Below are positions 24,993 through 33,485 of a stretch of 61,529 bases of DNA, piece by piece. The translations under genes and the position numbers were made by a program. The number at the start of each line of letters is the position of its first letter. The stretch's first letter is position 1. The notes beneath the pieces are model-generated. The model searched no databases and was not told the DNA's origin. It was given only the letters and a program-made list of their open reading frames with translations. Origin of the DNA: an uncultured Verrucomicrobiota bacterium (GTDB lineage Bacteria > Verrucomicrobiota > Kiritimatiellia > CAIKKV01 > CAIJXV01); the NCBI GenBank assembly GCA_964497135.1, contig CAZCDO010000002.1, positions 1 through 61,529 of the forward strand, read 5' to 3'.

Positions 24993-27413
24993 TCATTGCA
25001 CGGGAATAGCCCCGGAAAAACCCCATTGCGTCAGCTGGGGGCCCGGGGAGGTGTTGGACCACCGATACCACCGCCCCGAAACCGGCGCATAGACCATCGG
25101 GTCCGATCGTCCATCGCCATCAAAATCCCCTCGAACCGGTAGAACTCCCGGGAATCCCCATTGCAGTCGCCAAATCAGTACTTTTGTTTGGGCCGGAGAA
25201 TAGACATACCAGTGACTGGTCGCGCGATCAACCGCCACCAGGTCATCCGCACCATCGCCATCAAAATCACCGGCCATCGACGTCCCCCACGGGCCTCCCC
25301 AACCGAAATCCCAATTCAATATCCGCCGGCGGGATAGGGAATAGATATACCAGTGGCCGGAGGCCGGATTAACAATGCCCAGATCCGCGCATCCATCCCC
25401 ATCATAATCGCCCGCAAGGGTCACTCCGCCGACAAATCCCCAGGCAAAATTCCAGAGCAGAATCCGTCCACTCAAGGTCCGGATAAACCAATGTCCGCTG
25501 AACGAATCAATCACGGCCAGATCATTCGTCCGATCCCCATCGTAATCGCCGGGAACGGGGACTGCCCCCGCCCAACCCCATTGAACATCGGTTGCCAGCG
25601 TCGCGCCCGATAGCGTCCGAATCGACCAACGCCCCTGATGATATGCCGCTAAATCATTTCGCCCATCGCCATTGTAATCACCGGGAAGAACCCGGGACCC
25701 CAAGGTGCCCCAGGGAAGCGCCCAGGCTAAAACGGTTCCCGTCCCCGAGCGAATAAACCAGTGACCCGTGGCCGCATGCCAGACCGCGAGATCGGCCGTT
25801 CCGTCGCCATCATAATCGGACCGGGTCCCCAACCGTACCGGGGGAGAATTATAATCCACCCCGAACGCACCGACCGGTCCTCCGGGCGTGCGCATCAATC
25901 CCGCAAAATCCCGGATTACCAGATTGACCCGGTTCCCTTCCGGGGCCAGAGGAGGTTGTGCCCGATCGCCGCCCGGGAAATCCGGAATCGGCGCCGAGAC
26001 AATCGAAAGAAAGGTCTCATTCGAAATCGGCCGAAAATCGCCATTTTCCGGATCCATTAATAGGGGCTTGATCTGGTTGATCAGGTTTTGAGAATTGACC
26101 AGGGCCGGATTACACGTGGGATGATCCGCCTGCCCGCCCTGGCCCGGTTCCCCCAACCCCAAGGGAAGCCCCACCGGCCCGTTCCAGATCAGGTTGCCTT
26201 GGATTCTCAAATTGGTATCCACAGCGGCAGGCGAAGGGACCGGCGTACTGGCAGGAGGAATCACCGGTCCCGGCACGGTGAAGTGTTGCCAGATCGAGCC
26301 GAATCCGGAGGGATTATAGATCAGGTTATTGTAAATATAAACATTACGGGACGGGATATATTGGCCGTCGGCTTCAGCGGAGGCCCCCCATCCGCCGGCG
26401 GCCCGGTAGGCATCGCATTGGGCGATGTTGCCGTCACAACTCCGGGCCCCGTGTGTAACTTCAATCACATGATCATTGGTTCCGGCCTTGTACAGGGTAT
26501 TATAGGCCAGCAGAATATTGTACCCGCCATTCACTCCCATGCCCGCCACACCGGTATGATGAATCACATTATTGACAAACTTGATATCCTCCGCCTCGTA
26601 ATGAATCCAGGGGGAGACCATGTACTCGAACCCGGTTCCCTGCCCGGCCGTGAAGCCACCCGTCCGAGCCTCAAACAACTCGTTGCCTTCAATCCGTAAA
26701 TAAGCCGACCCTCCTTTGACGTACAGACACCAATCACCGGCCCGGTGAATCCGCGAACCAATAATATGGCCGTATTGAACCCCGACCGCGTCAAAGGCGT
26801 TATCCCACCCGCCGGATATGTCACAATTCTCAACGTATAAATATTGGGTCTGGTTGACTTTTAGACCCTCCTGGGGCCCCTCGTAATGGTCAATATCTCC
26901 TACCCCTTGGATCCGGCAGTTGCGGATTAGAATATTGCGACAGCCCGCAAAATGCAGGACATCGCCCCCCCCCGCGCGAAGATGGAGTCCGATCAGGTAA
27001 AGATACTGACAGTTCGAAACATCCATCGCAGGCAGCAGTGCCGTTCCGTCGCCGTCAACGGCCTGGATGAGGACGGGGGCTGAATAGACGCCTCGTCGAT
27101 CCGCATACCAGCCCGGTGTTTCCGCGTAGGTGCCAGCCGTCAAAAGCAGGCGGTACCCGTGGCTGAGCGTCACCCCGCTGGGAATCCGATTCCAGGCTTC
27201 AGTCAGCGTTCTTAACGCCAGCGCCCGGCTGACACCGGACCGGGCATCGTCTCCATTAACGGGGTCAATCCACACATCGAACAACGCCGGGGTCCCCATG
27301 GAATACACGGGGGGATTAAATGACTGGGCGCCCGCCGGTTCAATCAGGCAAAGCCAGAGAACTCCCAGCCAGGTCCATCCGCTTCGGCCCGAACCGAAGA
27401 AAGAAGGTTTCAT
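24993..27413 (-). CDS. Secreted right-handed beta-helix (pectin-lyase-fold) protein with six C-terminal FG-GAP/VCBS-type repeats
   Basis: Internal ATG at 27411-27413 gives a signal peptide (MKPSFFGSGRSGWTWLGVLWLCLIEPAGAQS). Beta-helix signatures are NILIRNCRIQG and YLYVENCDISGG. Six D[YF][DN]GD[GR] repeats follow. Confidence 0.85.
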   Translation of the reverse strand: MKPSFFGSGRSGWTWLGVLWLCLIEPAGAQSFNPPVYSMGTPALFDVWIDPVNGDDARSGVSRALALRTLTEAWNRIPSGVTLSHGYRLLLTAGTYAETPGWYADRRGVYSAPVLIQAVDGDGTALLPAMDVSNCQYLYLIGLHLRAGGGDVLHFAGCRNILIRNCRIQGVGDIDHYEGPQEGLKVNQTQYLYVENCDISGGWDNAFDAVGVQYGHIIGSRIHRAGDWCLYVKGGSAYLRIEGNELFEARTGGFTAGQGTGFEYMVSPWIHYEAEDIKFVNNVIHHTGVAGMGVNGGYNILLAYNTLYKAGTNDHVIEVTHGARSCDGNIAQCDAYRAAGGWGASAEADGQYIPSRNVYIYNNLIYNPSGFGSIWQHFTVPGPVIPPASTPVPSPAAVDTNLRIQGNLIWNGPVGLPLGLGEPGQGGQADHPTCNPALVNSQNLINQIKPLLMDPENGDFRPISNETFLSIVSAPIPDFPGGDRAQPPLAPEGNRVNLVIRDFAGLMRTPGGPVGAFGVDYNSPPVRLGTRSDYDGDGTADLAVWHAATGHWFIRSGTGTVLAWALPWGTLGSRVLPGDYNGDGRNDLAAYHQGRWSIRTLSGATLATDVQWGWAGAVPVPGDYDGDRTNDLAVIDSFSGHWFIRTLSGRILLWNFAWGFVGGVTLAGDYDGDGCADLGIVNPASGHWYIYSLSRRRILNWDFGWGGPWGTSMAGDFDGDGADDLVAVDRATSHWYVYSPAQTKVLIWRLQWGFPGVLPVRGDFDGDGRSDPMVYAPVSGRWYRWSNTSPGPQLTQWGFSGAIPVQ
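24996..25820 (-). repeat. Six tandem FG-GAP-like coding repeats of about 45 aa
   Basis: SDYDGDGTADLAV, GDYNGDGRNDLAA, GDYDGDRTNDLAV, GDYDGDGCADLGI, GDFDGDGADDLVA and GDFDGDGRSDPMV, each followed by a hWaI/WG segment. Confidence 0.75.
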
Positions 27414-27417
27414 GTTG

Positions 27418-28200
27418 TCATTCCACCGGCGGCAGGGCGCCTTCTTGAACCAACTGGGCATCCTGCGTGGGAGTCAACGGAATGGGCAGGGCGGGTCCCA
27501 ATTCGCCTCCGGCGCGAATGAGTTCCATATTGTACTCCTGCATGATTTCTTCGTGCTCTTCCGGCGTGATGGGTTCATCGTCGGGGATATTCATCAGGGC
27601 GCGCTTGGCTGAGCGTGGCGGCGGCAATTGACTCTTAATCTTGTTGTATTCCTCTCGAGTCATCCCCTTACCGATCGCTTTGGCTGGCCGCCGCGAATGG
27701 GCACGAGGCGTTGCGGACGGAGAGACGGCGGCGGCGAGTTTCATCGGTTCGGGTGCCGATGCCGATGTGTCGTCGCCGGACATCGAAATCCACCGCTCCA
27801 ACCCATCTTTCCGGATTTGCGCCCGTTCGGCGGCATAATCGGCTTGCAATAACTCAATCCCGTTCTCGGTCTCGCCCACACCCAACATGTAACTCTTGTT
27901 CTGTTGGGGATCCAGAATGCCCACCATGATTTTGCCCGAATTATCCTCAATAATCGCCGACATTTTCAAGGCATTAACCGCCGCTGCGGCCTCACCAGCG
28001 GGTGTTCCCGGCGCACCGGCCGCGGTCGGTACCGTTTCACTGCCAAACGGGTGTCGATCCAGAATTACCTGATACCGGTCGAAAGTGGGGGAAAGAGGCG
28101 CCGCCAGTGCAAACGAATGGATCAGGATCAAACTGAACAGTCCCCCCCCGCATCCGCAGGACAGGACCGGTTTCCACCATGAATTATGTAGGACTGACAT
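27418..28200 (-). CDS. Hypothetical periplasmic protein with a signal anchor and a weak GspC/PilP-like segment
   Basis: Internal ATG at 28198-28200 (MSVLHNSWWKPVLSCGCGGGLFSLILIHSFALA). The segment LKMSAIIEDNSGKIMVGILDPQQNKSYMLGVGETENGIELLQADY...IRKDG follows the T2SS-C/PilP beta-domain pattern. The upstream ORF extension runs through a repeat element. Confidence 0.6.
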   Translation of the reverse strand: MSVLHNSWWKPVLSCGCGGGLFSLILIHSFALAAPLSPTFDRYQVILDRHPFGSETVPTAAGAPGTPAGEAAAAVNALKMSAIIEDNSGKIMVGILDPQQNKSYMLGVGETENGIELLQADYAAERAQIRKDGLERWISMSGDDTSASAPEPMKLAAAVSPSATPRAHSRRPAKAIGKGMTREEYNKIKSQLPPPRSAKRALMNIPDDEPITPEEHEEIMQEYNMELIRAGGELGPALPIPLTPTQDAQLVQEGALPPVE

Positions 28201-28259
28201 GACCTTATTAAAGCTAAAAAACGGACAAAATGAAAGCTGAATGATGCGTCCGGGGTAAG

Positions 28260-28365
28260 GGGTCAGTGACGGGGGATGAACAGGTAGGGCGGTTTCGCCG
28301 AAACCGCCGTGGACGGCTCGGCGAGCCGTCCCTACCAATGTTCGCCCCCCCCCCGTCACTGACCC
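28260..28365. repeat. REP/MITE-like nested-palindrome element, copy 1
   Basis: 16-bp terminal inverted repeats at 28260-28275 and 28350-28365. A 52-nt core (28284-28335) is closed by gtaggg/ccctac and contains two 10-bp palindromes (ggcggtttcg.cgaaaccgcc and ggacggctcg.cgagccgtcc). It sits in the 190-nt gap inside the operon. Confidence 0.85.
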
Positions 28366-28390
28366 GTCACCGTCCGGGGCGTAGCCTCGC

Positions 28391-31300
28391 CTATCGATCC
28401 GAAGGGGCATTGCGATAAAATGGCAGATACCGGTAATAGACTTCAAGGCAGAGAGTCGCCATCGTGGTGGAATAAACCCGGCCGCCACGCTCTCCCAGGG
28501 GATCGACCGGATCCCAACTGCCATCGGCCGGCCCCTCTTTGCGCTGTCCGCTTAACAGCGCTTCGCGCAAGGCCCGGTTCCAGGGTTCGAACGCTTCACT
28601 CCCCGATAGATGGAGCGCCAGCGTGGCGTAATACCAGTAGTAGAAATGAATCACGCCGCGGGTGGCCGGATCCCACACCGGCCGGTTTTCCATGAGATAA
28701 CTCGCGGACTCACCCTCGCCCCGGGTGCGAACCTGTTCCCCCATGAACAATTGACAGAACCAGCCCTCGGCCGTCATGATCGGCGTCGGGCCATGCCCTT
28801 CCTTATAGGCATACAAGCCGCCACTCTTTCCGCGCCGCACCTGGTCCAGCCAGAGTCCGGTCCATCGAAAATGTTGCGGATTCACCGGGAAGCCCGCAAA
28901 CTCACCGCTTTTGAGTGCAAGGACCATCCAGCCGGTCACCGACGTATCATTATCGGTCCGCGGCTCATAACGCCATCCCGCGCCCAAATTCTGCGAATCA
29001 CAGATGAACTGGACGGCCCGCCGCGCAGGCTCAAACAGCCATTGGTCTTCAGACAGGGAATAAGCCTCGCACAATGCCGCCGAGGCCATCGCCTGGGCAT
29101 ACATATTCCCGCCGCGGCGCAAATCGCCGGCCGTTGTCTGGCCCGCGATGAGCCATTTGAGTCCCTTACGGACGGTCTCCCGATAATCTCCCCGGGTATG
29201 CGTGTAGCCCGCGCCCAGATAGGCGAGCAGGGCCAGCCCGGTGACCGCGGAATCGCTGTCGGTCCGGTCGCCAACGCCACCGCATTCGTCAGCCCCCTTG
29301 AATCGGCCCACGGACCAGCGCCCATCGTCACTCTGTGCCCGAACCAACCAGGCCAATGCGCGTTCGACGGCTTTCTCCGTCTCCGCACTGCCGCCCAATT
29401 CCAATATGTGTTCCTGTCGTTTTTCCGGCGACCGAAGCGAATAGATCAATTTCTGCCGCTGCAATTTGGGGGTCGACCTCATTTCCGCGGCGCTCACGGA
29501 ACGATAAGCGGCCAGTCGTTCGCCTCGCGGCAGGGTATCGGGCACCTCCACTTTGCCCTCGCCACTCATCCCCGCAAACCAGGTCATCAGGCGCGAGGAA
29601 CGAGGGGCTTCCGACCCGGCAAGGGCCGAATCCGTCATCGAACGGCTCGGTCCCTTCACCACCGCTCCGCTATCCATCCCGGACGTTGCTTTGTTTACGG
29701 CCACATCGCGCGAAACTCCCCCCGTTTCAGCGGACGGTTTTGCCGCACCCGGCCGGGATACGGACTCGGTCGCGGTTCGGGCGTTAAAAGGAAGCCCGAC
29801 CACCCCGTTTTTCATAGGAGAGGAGGGACTGGCCGCCGCGCTATCCGGCTCGTAATCGCTTAGCACGGGACGGCCGGATGAAACCCCAGTCTGGACCATG
29901 ACCAGTTTGGCATCCGTGCCAACCGGTTGGGACGCAGGGGCTGGTTGACGCGAACCGGCTCCCCTCCATCGCTCCGAGATCGGTGTTTCACGTGCTTCAT
30001 GTGCTTCATGTGCTTCCGTTCGGGCGGACGACCAACTCTCCGGGGTGGAAACTCCGCGTCGGGCCAGGGCGCCCCCGGCGTTGGCGGAAACATCAGCAGA
30101 GGGGCTCTCGCCCCGTATCGTGCCGGGCATAATATCCGCCATTGCCCCATGGGCGGAACGTCCCGCCCCGCTGGCATCGACTTTGAGATCCGCACCCGAA
30201 ACCGGCGCATCATCCGACCCGGCCGAAAAAAATCCGGTGATTTGGGCCACCCATGATCCGTCCGACTTGGGCGTTCCCCCTTCAGCGCGCTTCGGTGCGG
30301 CGGGCGGCGCGCCAACCGGCCCGGTTTCGCCCCCTCCCGTTCCGCTTCGTTTCAAAACAAGTTTCTCGCTCCCACCCGGAGAGCCACTGGCGGATTCCGT
30401 CTCCTCATCGCGCAGTTCGGCCTGTGATGCCGGCAGAGCGCGGTTACCGACTGCGCCGGCCAGCGGTTGTCGATCCCCTTCCCCCCGGCGCCCGGTGCCT
30501 TGAAGGGTCTCGCGGGAAGATTCCACACCCGCCGACGCACCACCCGATAACGGCGCCACTTCGCGCTCTGCCAGGGTCTCCTGGATTTCACCGCCGCCAC
30601 GAGCCATCTTTACGGGACCACTCGTCTTGAATGGACGACCTCCCAGGCCAGCCTCCGGCGCGGACAACTCGCCTCGCCCGCTTTGTATTTCGAAGGCTCG
30701 CCCTGTCGTGCGGGCGGTAGGGGTCGATTCCGCGGGAGCCGGCTCTGTTTCCGTGAGATCCGCCGAAGACGCCACGCCGCGGAGCGGGTGGGCCGGATCA
30801 CGCAAGGCCGCCAACCGGGCAACTTCTTCATTCACCGGCGAGGCCGTCGCATTCGCCCGCGACGGAAGGGCCTGGAGCCGGTCAGCCACCAAACTTCCGC
30901 GCCCCTCTGCGGTTGCCGCCAGGGCACTCTGGGCCGTCGGACGGGCCACCGATCCGGCCCCTGCGTCGGGTGAGGCTCTCGATCGTGCCGGCGCTGGAAT
31001 GTCACCGGAGGGACCGGCCGCCGATCGGAGGGTCGGATGAGGGGCATCAATCGAAACCGCCGTTGAACCCATGCGAACCGGTTCGTCGGAAAGTCGGCGC
31101 AGATCTGCCCGGACAACGGGTCCATCGGGCGACTGTGGTTGGAGCTTGGACAAGACTGAAGGATCGGACTGAGCCAGTCGGGTCGCCCTTTGCGCATCCA
31201 GCTTCAGTTGGGCGGTTCGTTCGGGCCGCGTCTGAACGGTGGGTTGATCGGCGGCCGTCCTGACGGAATCCATCGGCCGCTGGGGATCAGGGGACTGCCG

Positions 31301-32212
31301 TGTCAGGGGGCTGGATTGGGGCACAGACAATGCGGACGGCATCGAAAGCCGATCCGTGTCATTACGGACTTCCGTCTGTCGCAAATCGTCTTGCACCTGA
31401 AGACGGGACACCGACTGGGGTTGAGTATCCAATGCGTCGCGCCGCGGGTCCCTGCCCTTCTCTGGCACCATCGGTCGGGGGGGAGTCGTCTTGGTCTCCG
31501 CCAGCCGGGTCGCGGTTCGAACGGCCTCCAACTCGCGGGTTGCGCGGGGGGACACGGCCTCGACTGGCACGAGTTCAACTTTATGTTGGGGGGCGATGTG
31601 TGGCGTGGACACATCGGCCGACAGCTCGTCTGCGGTTTTGATACGATCTTCCACGCGTAGATCCGGGCGTGAAGCCGGTTGTGCCGGGACCAGCGATCTG
31701 AGGGATTCCGCCTGTTTTGCCGGTTGTTGCGGTAATAGTTTTTTTGTCACCTGGGCATCCGAAGGCGGACGGGGTTTCGCCCGATTCTCGAAAGTCCGGG
31801 CATCGACCGTCTTCATTTCAATCCGTTGGTCGCGAACCGCCTCGCGGGCATCAGTTTCCAGGAGCGAGGGCGTGCCGAAGGCGATTTCTCGCCGCGACCG
31901 TTCCCGGGGGACGGTTGGCATCGGATTCGCGGCGAAGTCCACCACTCCAAAAAACATCACCAATCCCATGTGCAGAAAGAGACTGAGCAGGACACAAAGG
32001 GTCAGTAACCGGAATCGCCGGGACGACAGATGAACCACCAGCGTCAGAACGGCGAGCAGGGCCAGCCCCAGCAATAGCCCGCCCGGAGTGAATTGACGGT
32101 AAACCTTCCGAACCGCCGGCACCCATAGGGGCAAGGCGATACTGGCCAATAAGGCTGCCCCTCCCAGGACGGGCAGTATGATCCGTGCGATGATCCGGTT
32201 CCCCGTCATCAT
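28391..32212 (-). CDS. TolA/TonB-position membrane-anchored giant protein: three N-terminal TM helices with an S-x3-H motif, a long low-complexity spacer, and a C-terminal prenyltransferase/terpenoid-cyclase-like alpha-alpha toroid domain
   Basis: 1,273-aa ORF with ATG at 32210-32212. TM3 reads LLSLFLHMGLVMFF. Residues about 100-945 are P/A/S/R/T/E-rich. The last 327 aa (28394-29374) carry ...WLVRAQSDDGRW..., ...DSQNLGAGWRY... and ...ADGSWDP... repeats typical of squalene-cyclase/prenyltransferase-type toroids. Confidence 0.8.
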   Translation of the reverse strand: MMTGNRIIARIILPVLGGAALLASIALPLWVPAVRKVYRQFTPGGLLLGLALLAVLTLVVHLSSRRFRLLTLCVLLSLFLHMGLVMFFGVVDFAANPMPTVPRERSRREIAFGTPSLLETDAREAVRDQRIEMKTVDARTFENRAKPRPPSDAQVTKKLLPQQPAKQAESLRSLVPAQPASRPDLRVEDRIKTADELSADVSTPHIAPQHKVELVPVEAVSPRATRELEAVRTATRLAETKTTPPRPMVPEKGRDPRRDALDTQPQSVSRLQVQDDLRQTEVRNDTDRLSMPSALSVPQSSPLTRQSPDPQRPMDSVRTAADQPTVQTRPERTAQLKLDAQRATRLAQSDPSVLSKLQPQSPDGPVVRADLRRLSDEPVRMGSTAVSIDAPHPTLRSAAGPSGDIPAPARSRASPDAGAGSVARPTAQSALAATAEGRGSLVADRLQALPSRANATASPVNEEVARLAALRDPAHPLRGVASSADLTETEPAPAESTPTARTTGRAFEIQSGRGELSAPEAGLGGRPFKTSGPVKMARGGGEIQETLAEREVAPLSGGASAGVESSRETLQGTGRRGEGDRQPLAGAVGNRALPASQAELRDEETESASGSPGGSEKLVLKRSGTGGGETGPVGAPPAAPKRAEGGTPKSDGSWVAQITGFFSAGSDDAPVSGADLKVDASGAGRSAHGAMADIMPGTIRGESPSADVSANAGGALARRGVSTPESWSSARTEAHEAHEARETPISERWRGAGSRQPAPASQPVGTDAKLVMVQTGVSSGRPVLSDYEPDSAAASPSSPMKNGVVGLPFNARTATESVSRPGAAKPSAETGGVSRDVAVNKATSGMDSGAVVKGPSRSMTDSALAGSEAPRSSRLMTWFAGMSGEGKVEVPDTLPRGERLAAYRSVSAAEMRSTPKLQRQKLIYSLRSPEKRQEHILELGGSAETEKAVERALAWLVRAQSDDGRWSVGRFKGADECGGVGDRTDSDSAVTGLALLAYLGAGYTHTRGDYRETVRKGLKWLIAGQTTAGDLRRGGNMYAQAMASAALCEAYSLSEDQWLFEPARRAVQFICDSQNLGAGWRYEPRTDNDTSVTGWMVLALKSGEFAGFPVNPQHFRWTGLWLDQVRRGKSGGLYAYKEGHGPTPIMTAEGWFCQLFMGEQVRTRGEGESASYLMENRPVWDPATRGVIHFYYWYYATLALHLSGSEAFEPWNRALREALLSGQRKEGPADGSWDPVDPLGERGGRVYSTTMATLCLEVYYRYLPFYRNAPSDR

Positions 32213-32266
32213 TCGTCCCTTGTTGACTGGCCCGATGAGACCGGTGCGAACAGGTCGGGGGCTGCC

Positions 32267-32680
32267 TTACTCACCGGTCTTGCTCGTGGTTAGGAACGTG
32301 CGATCCACCCCGCGTTTCTCGCACAAATCAAGAACGTTCACGGCATATTGCAGAATAGAACCCTTATCGCCGCGCACCACGACCACCTGTCGCGGATTCT
32401 CCGCAACGGTTTTAGCCAGCAACCCATCCAAACCCTCCGGCGTCAGTTCCCTTCCGGCCACCAACAGGCGTCCGTCGTGAGTGATATTGACGATCAGTTC
32501 CTGCGGCTCCGCGGTAATGGGTCGGGCGTGACGACTGGAGGGCGGCTTGACCCGCACGTCGCGTTCGATGTCCGCGAATTTGGTGGCGACGAGAAAGAAA
32601 ATGAGCAGGAGAAAAACCATGTCAATGATCGGCGTCATGTTGATGCCGGTCTCCGATTCGGGGGGGCGTTTGATTCGCAT
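32267..32680 (-). CDS. exbD: ExbD/TolR-family biopolymer transport protein
   Basis: Internal ATG at 32678-32680 lies 4 nt after the exbB stop. MTPIIDMVFLLLIFFLV is a TM helix with the conserved Asp, followed by a periplasmic ExbD fold region. Confidence 0.9.
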   Translation of the reverse strand: MRIKRPPESETGINMTPIIDMVFLLLIFFLVATKFADIERDVRVKPPSSRHARPITAEPQELIVNITHDGRLLVAGRELTPEGLDGLLAKTVAENPRQVVVVRGDKGSILQYAVNVLDLCEKRGVDRTFLTTSKTGE

Positions 32681-32684
32681 AAGG

Positions 32685-33464
32685 TCAGCCCCGGGTCGGA
32701 ATTTTGACAACCAGTTCCTCGGCCAGGGAATCCAGTTCGACGACAAACGACTCCACTTTTTCGATGTAAAAGTAGTAGAAAACCAGCGCGGGAATCGCGA
32801 TTGCCAGCCCGACCGCCGTTGTGACCAGGGCCTCATAAATGCCGGCCGCGAGCAATTCGGTCCGCCCCAGGGCTTCGGCCCGCGAGGCGACCGTCATGAA
32901 GGACTTGATCATTCCGGTGACTGTTCCGGTCAAACCCAACAGGGGAGCGATACTGGCTCCCATGGAAAGCACCCGGCAATTGCGGCGCAGCACGCCGGCT
33001 TCCTTGGCGCCGGCATCTTCGATGGCCTTCTCGATTTCCTGGATCGTCCGATGGGCTTTGCGCAGGCCCGCAATGGCAACCCGGGCGAGCGGATCGGAAC
33101 GCAATTCAAGTTGCGTCTTCAAGGCTTCCGCGTCGATCGCCGGCTCCGAGCCCCGCAGGGCATTTTGAATAATCTCCTGGGTGTCAGCGGGGAGAATTTT
33201 CGAACGACGCAATGCCAGTCCCCGCTCGATCGCAAACGCCACCATCACGATACTGCATAAACCCAGGGGATACATTAAAGCCCCGCCCTTGAGCAGAAGT
33301 TCCAGCAAGGTCAACTGTTTCGCCGGCTCGTCATCCAGCGGGACGGCCTCGGCGTTCATCTCGCCCGAAGGGGCGGGTCCAACGGAAGAAGTCTGCGCCA
33401 CTGACAGGCCCCAAGCCAACGTACAAAACAGTCCGACACCCACCGCCCAGTTTCTGATCTTCAT
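32685..33464 (-). CDS. exbB: MotA/TolQ/ExbB proton-channel family protein
   Basis: 259-aa ORF with an N-terminal signal-like extension. Typical ExbB segments are present: LLKGGALMYPLGLCSIVMVAFAIERG and APLLGLTGTVTGMIKSF. Confidence 0.9.
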   Translation of the reverse strand: MKIRNWAVGVGLFCTLAWGLSVAQTSSVGPAPSGEMNAEAVPLDDEPAKQLTLLELLLKGGALMYPLGLCSIVMVAFAIERGLALRRSKILPADTQEIIQNALRGSEPAIDAEALKTQLELRSDPLARVAIAGLRKAHRTIQEIEKAIEDAGAKEAGVLRRNCRVLSMGASIAPLLGLTGTVTGMIKSFMTVASRAEALGRTELLAAGIYEALVTTAVGLAIAIPALVFYYFYIEKVESFVVELDSLAEELVVKIPTRG

Positions 33465-33485
33465 ACCATCCTCACTCGTTTATCG

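Noticed and set aside
28260-28365. CRISPR array hypothesis for the repeated palindromic elements (28260, 42325, 50714)
   Set aside because: The copies are 8-14 kb apart rather than spaced by 25-50 nt. They are about 100-145 bp long with nested palindromes. No cas genes are present in the window.
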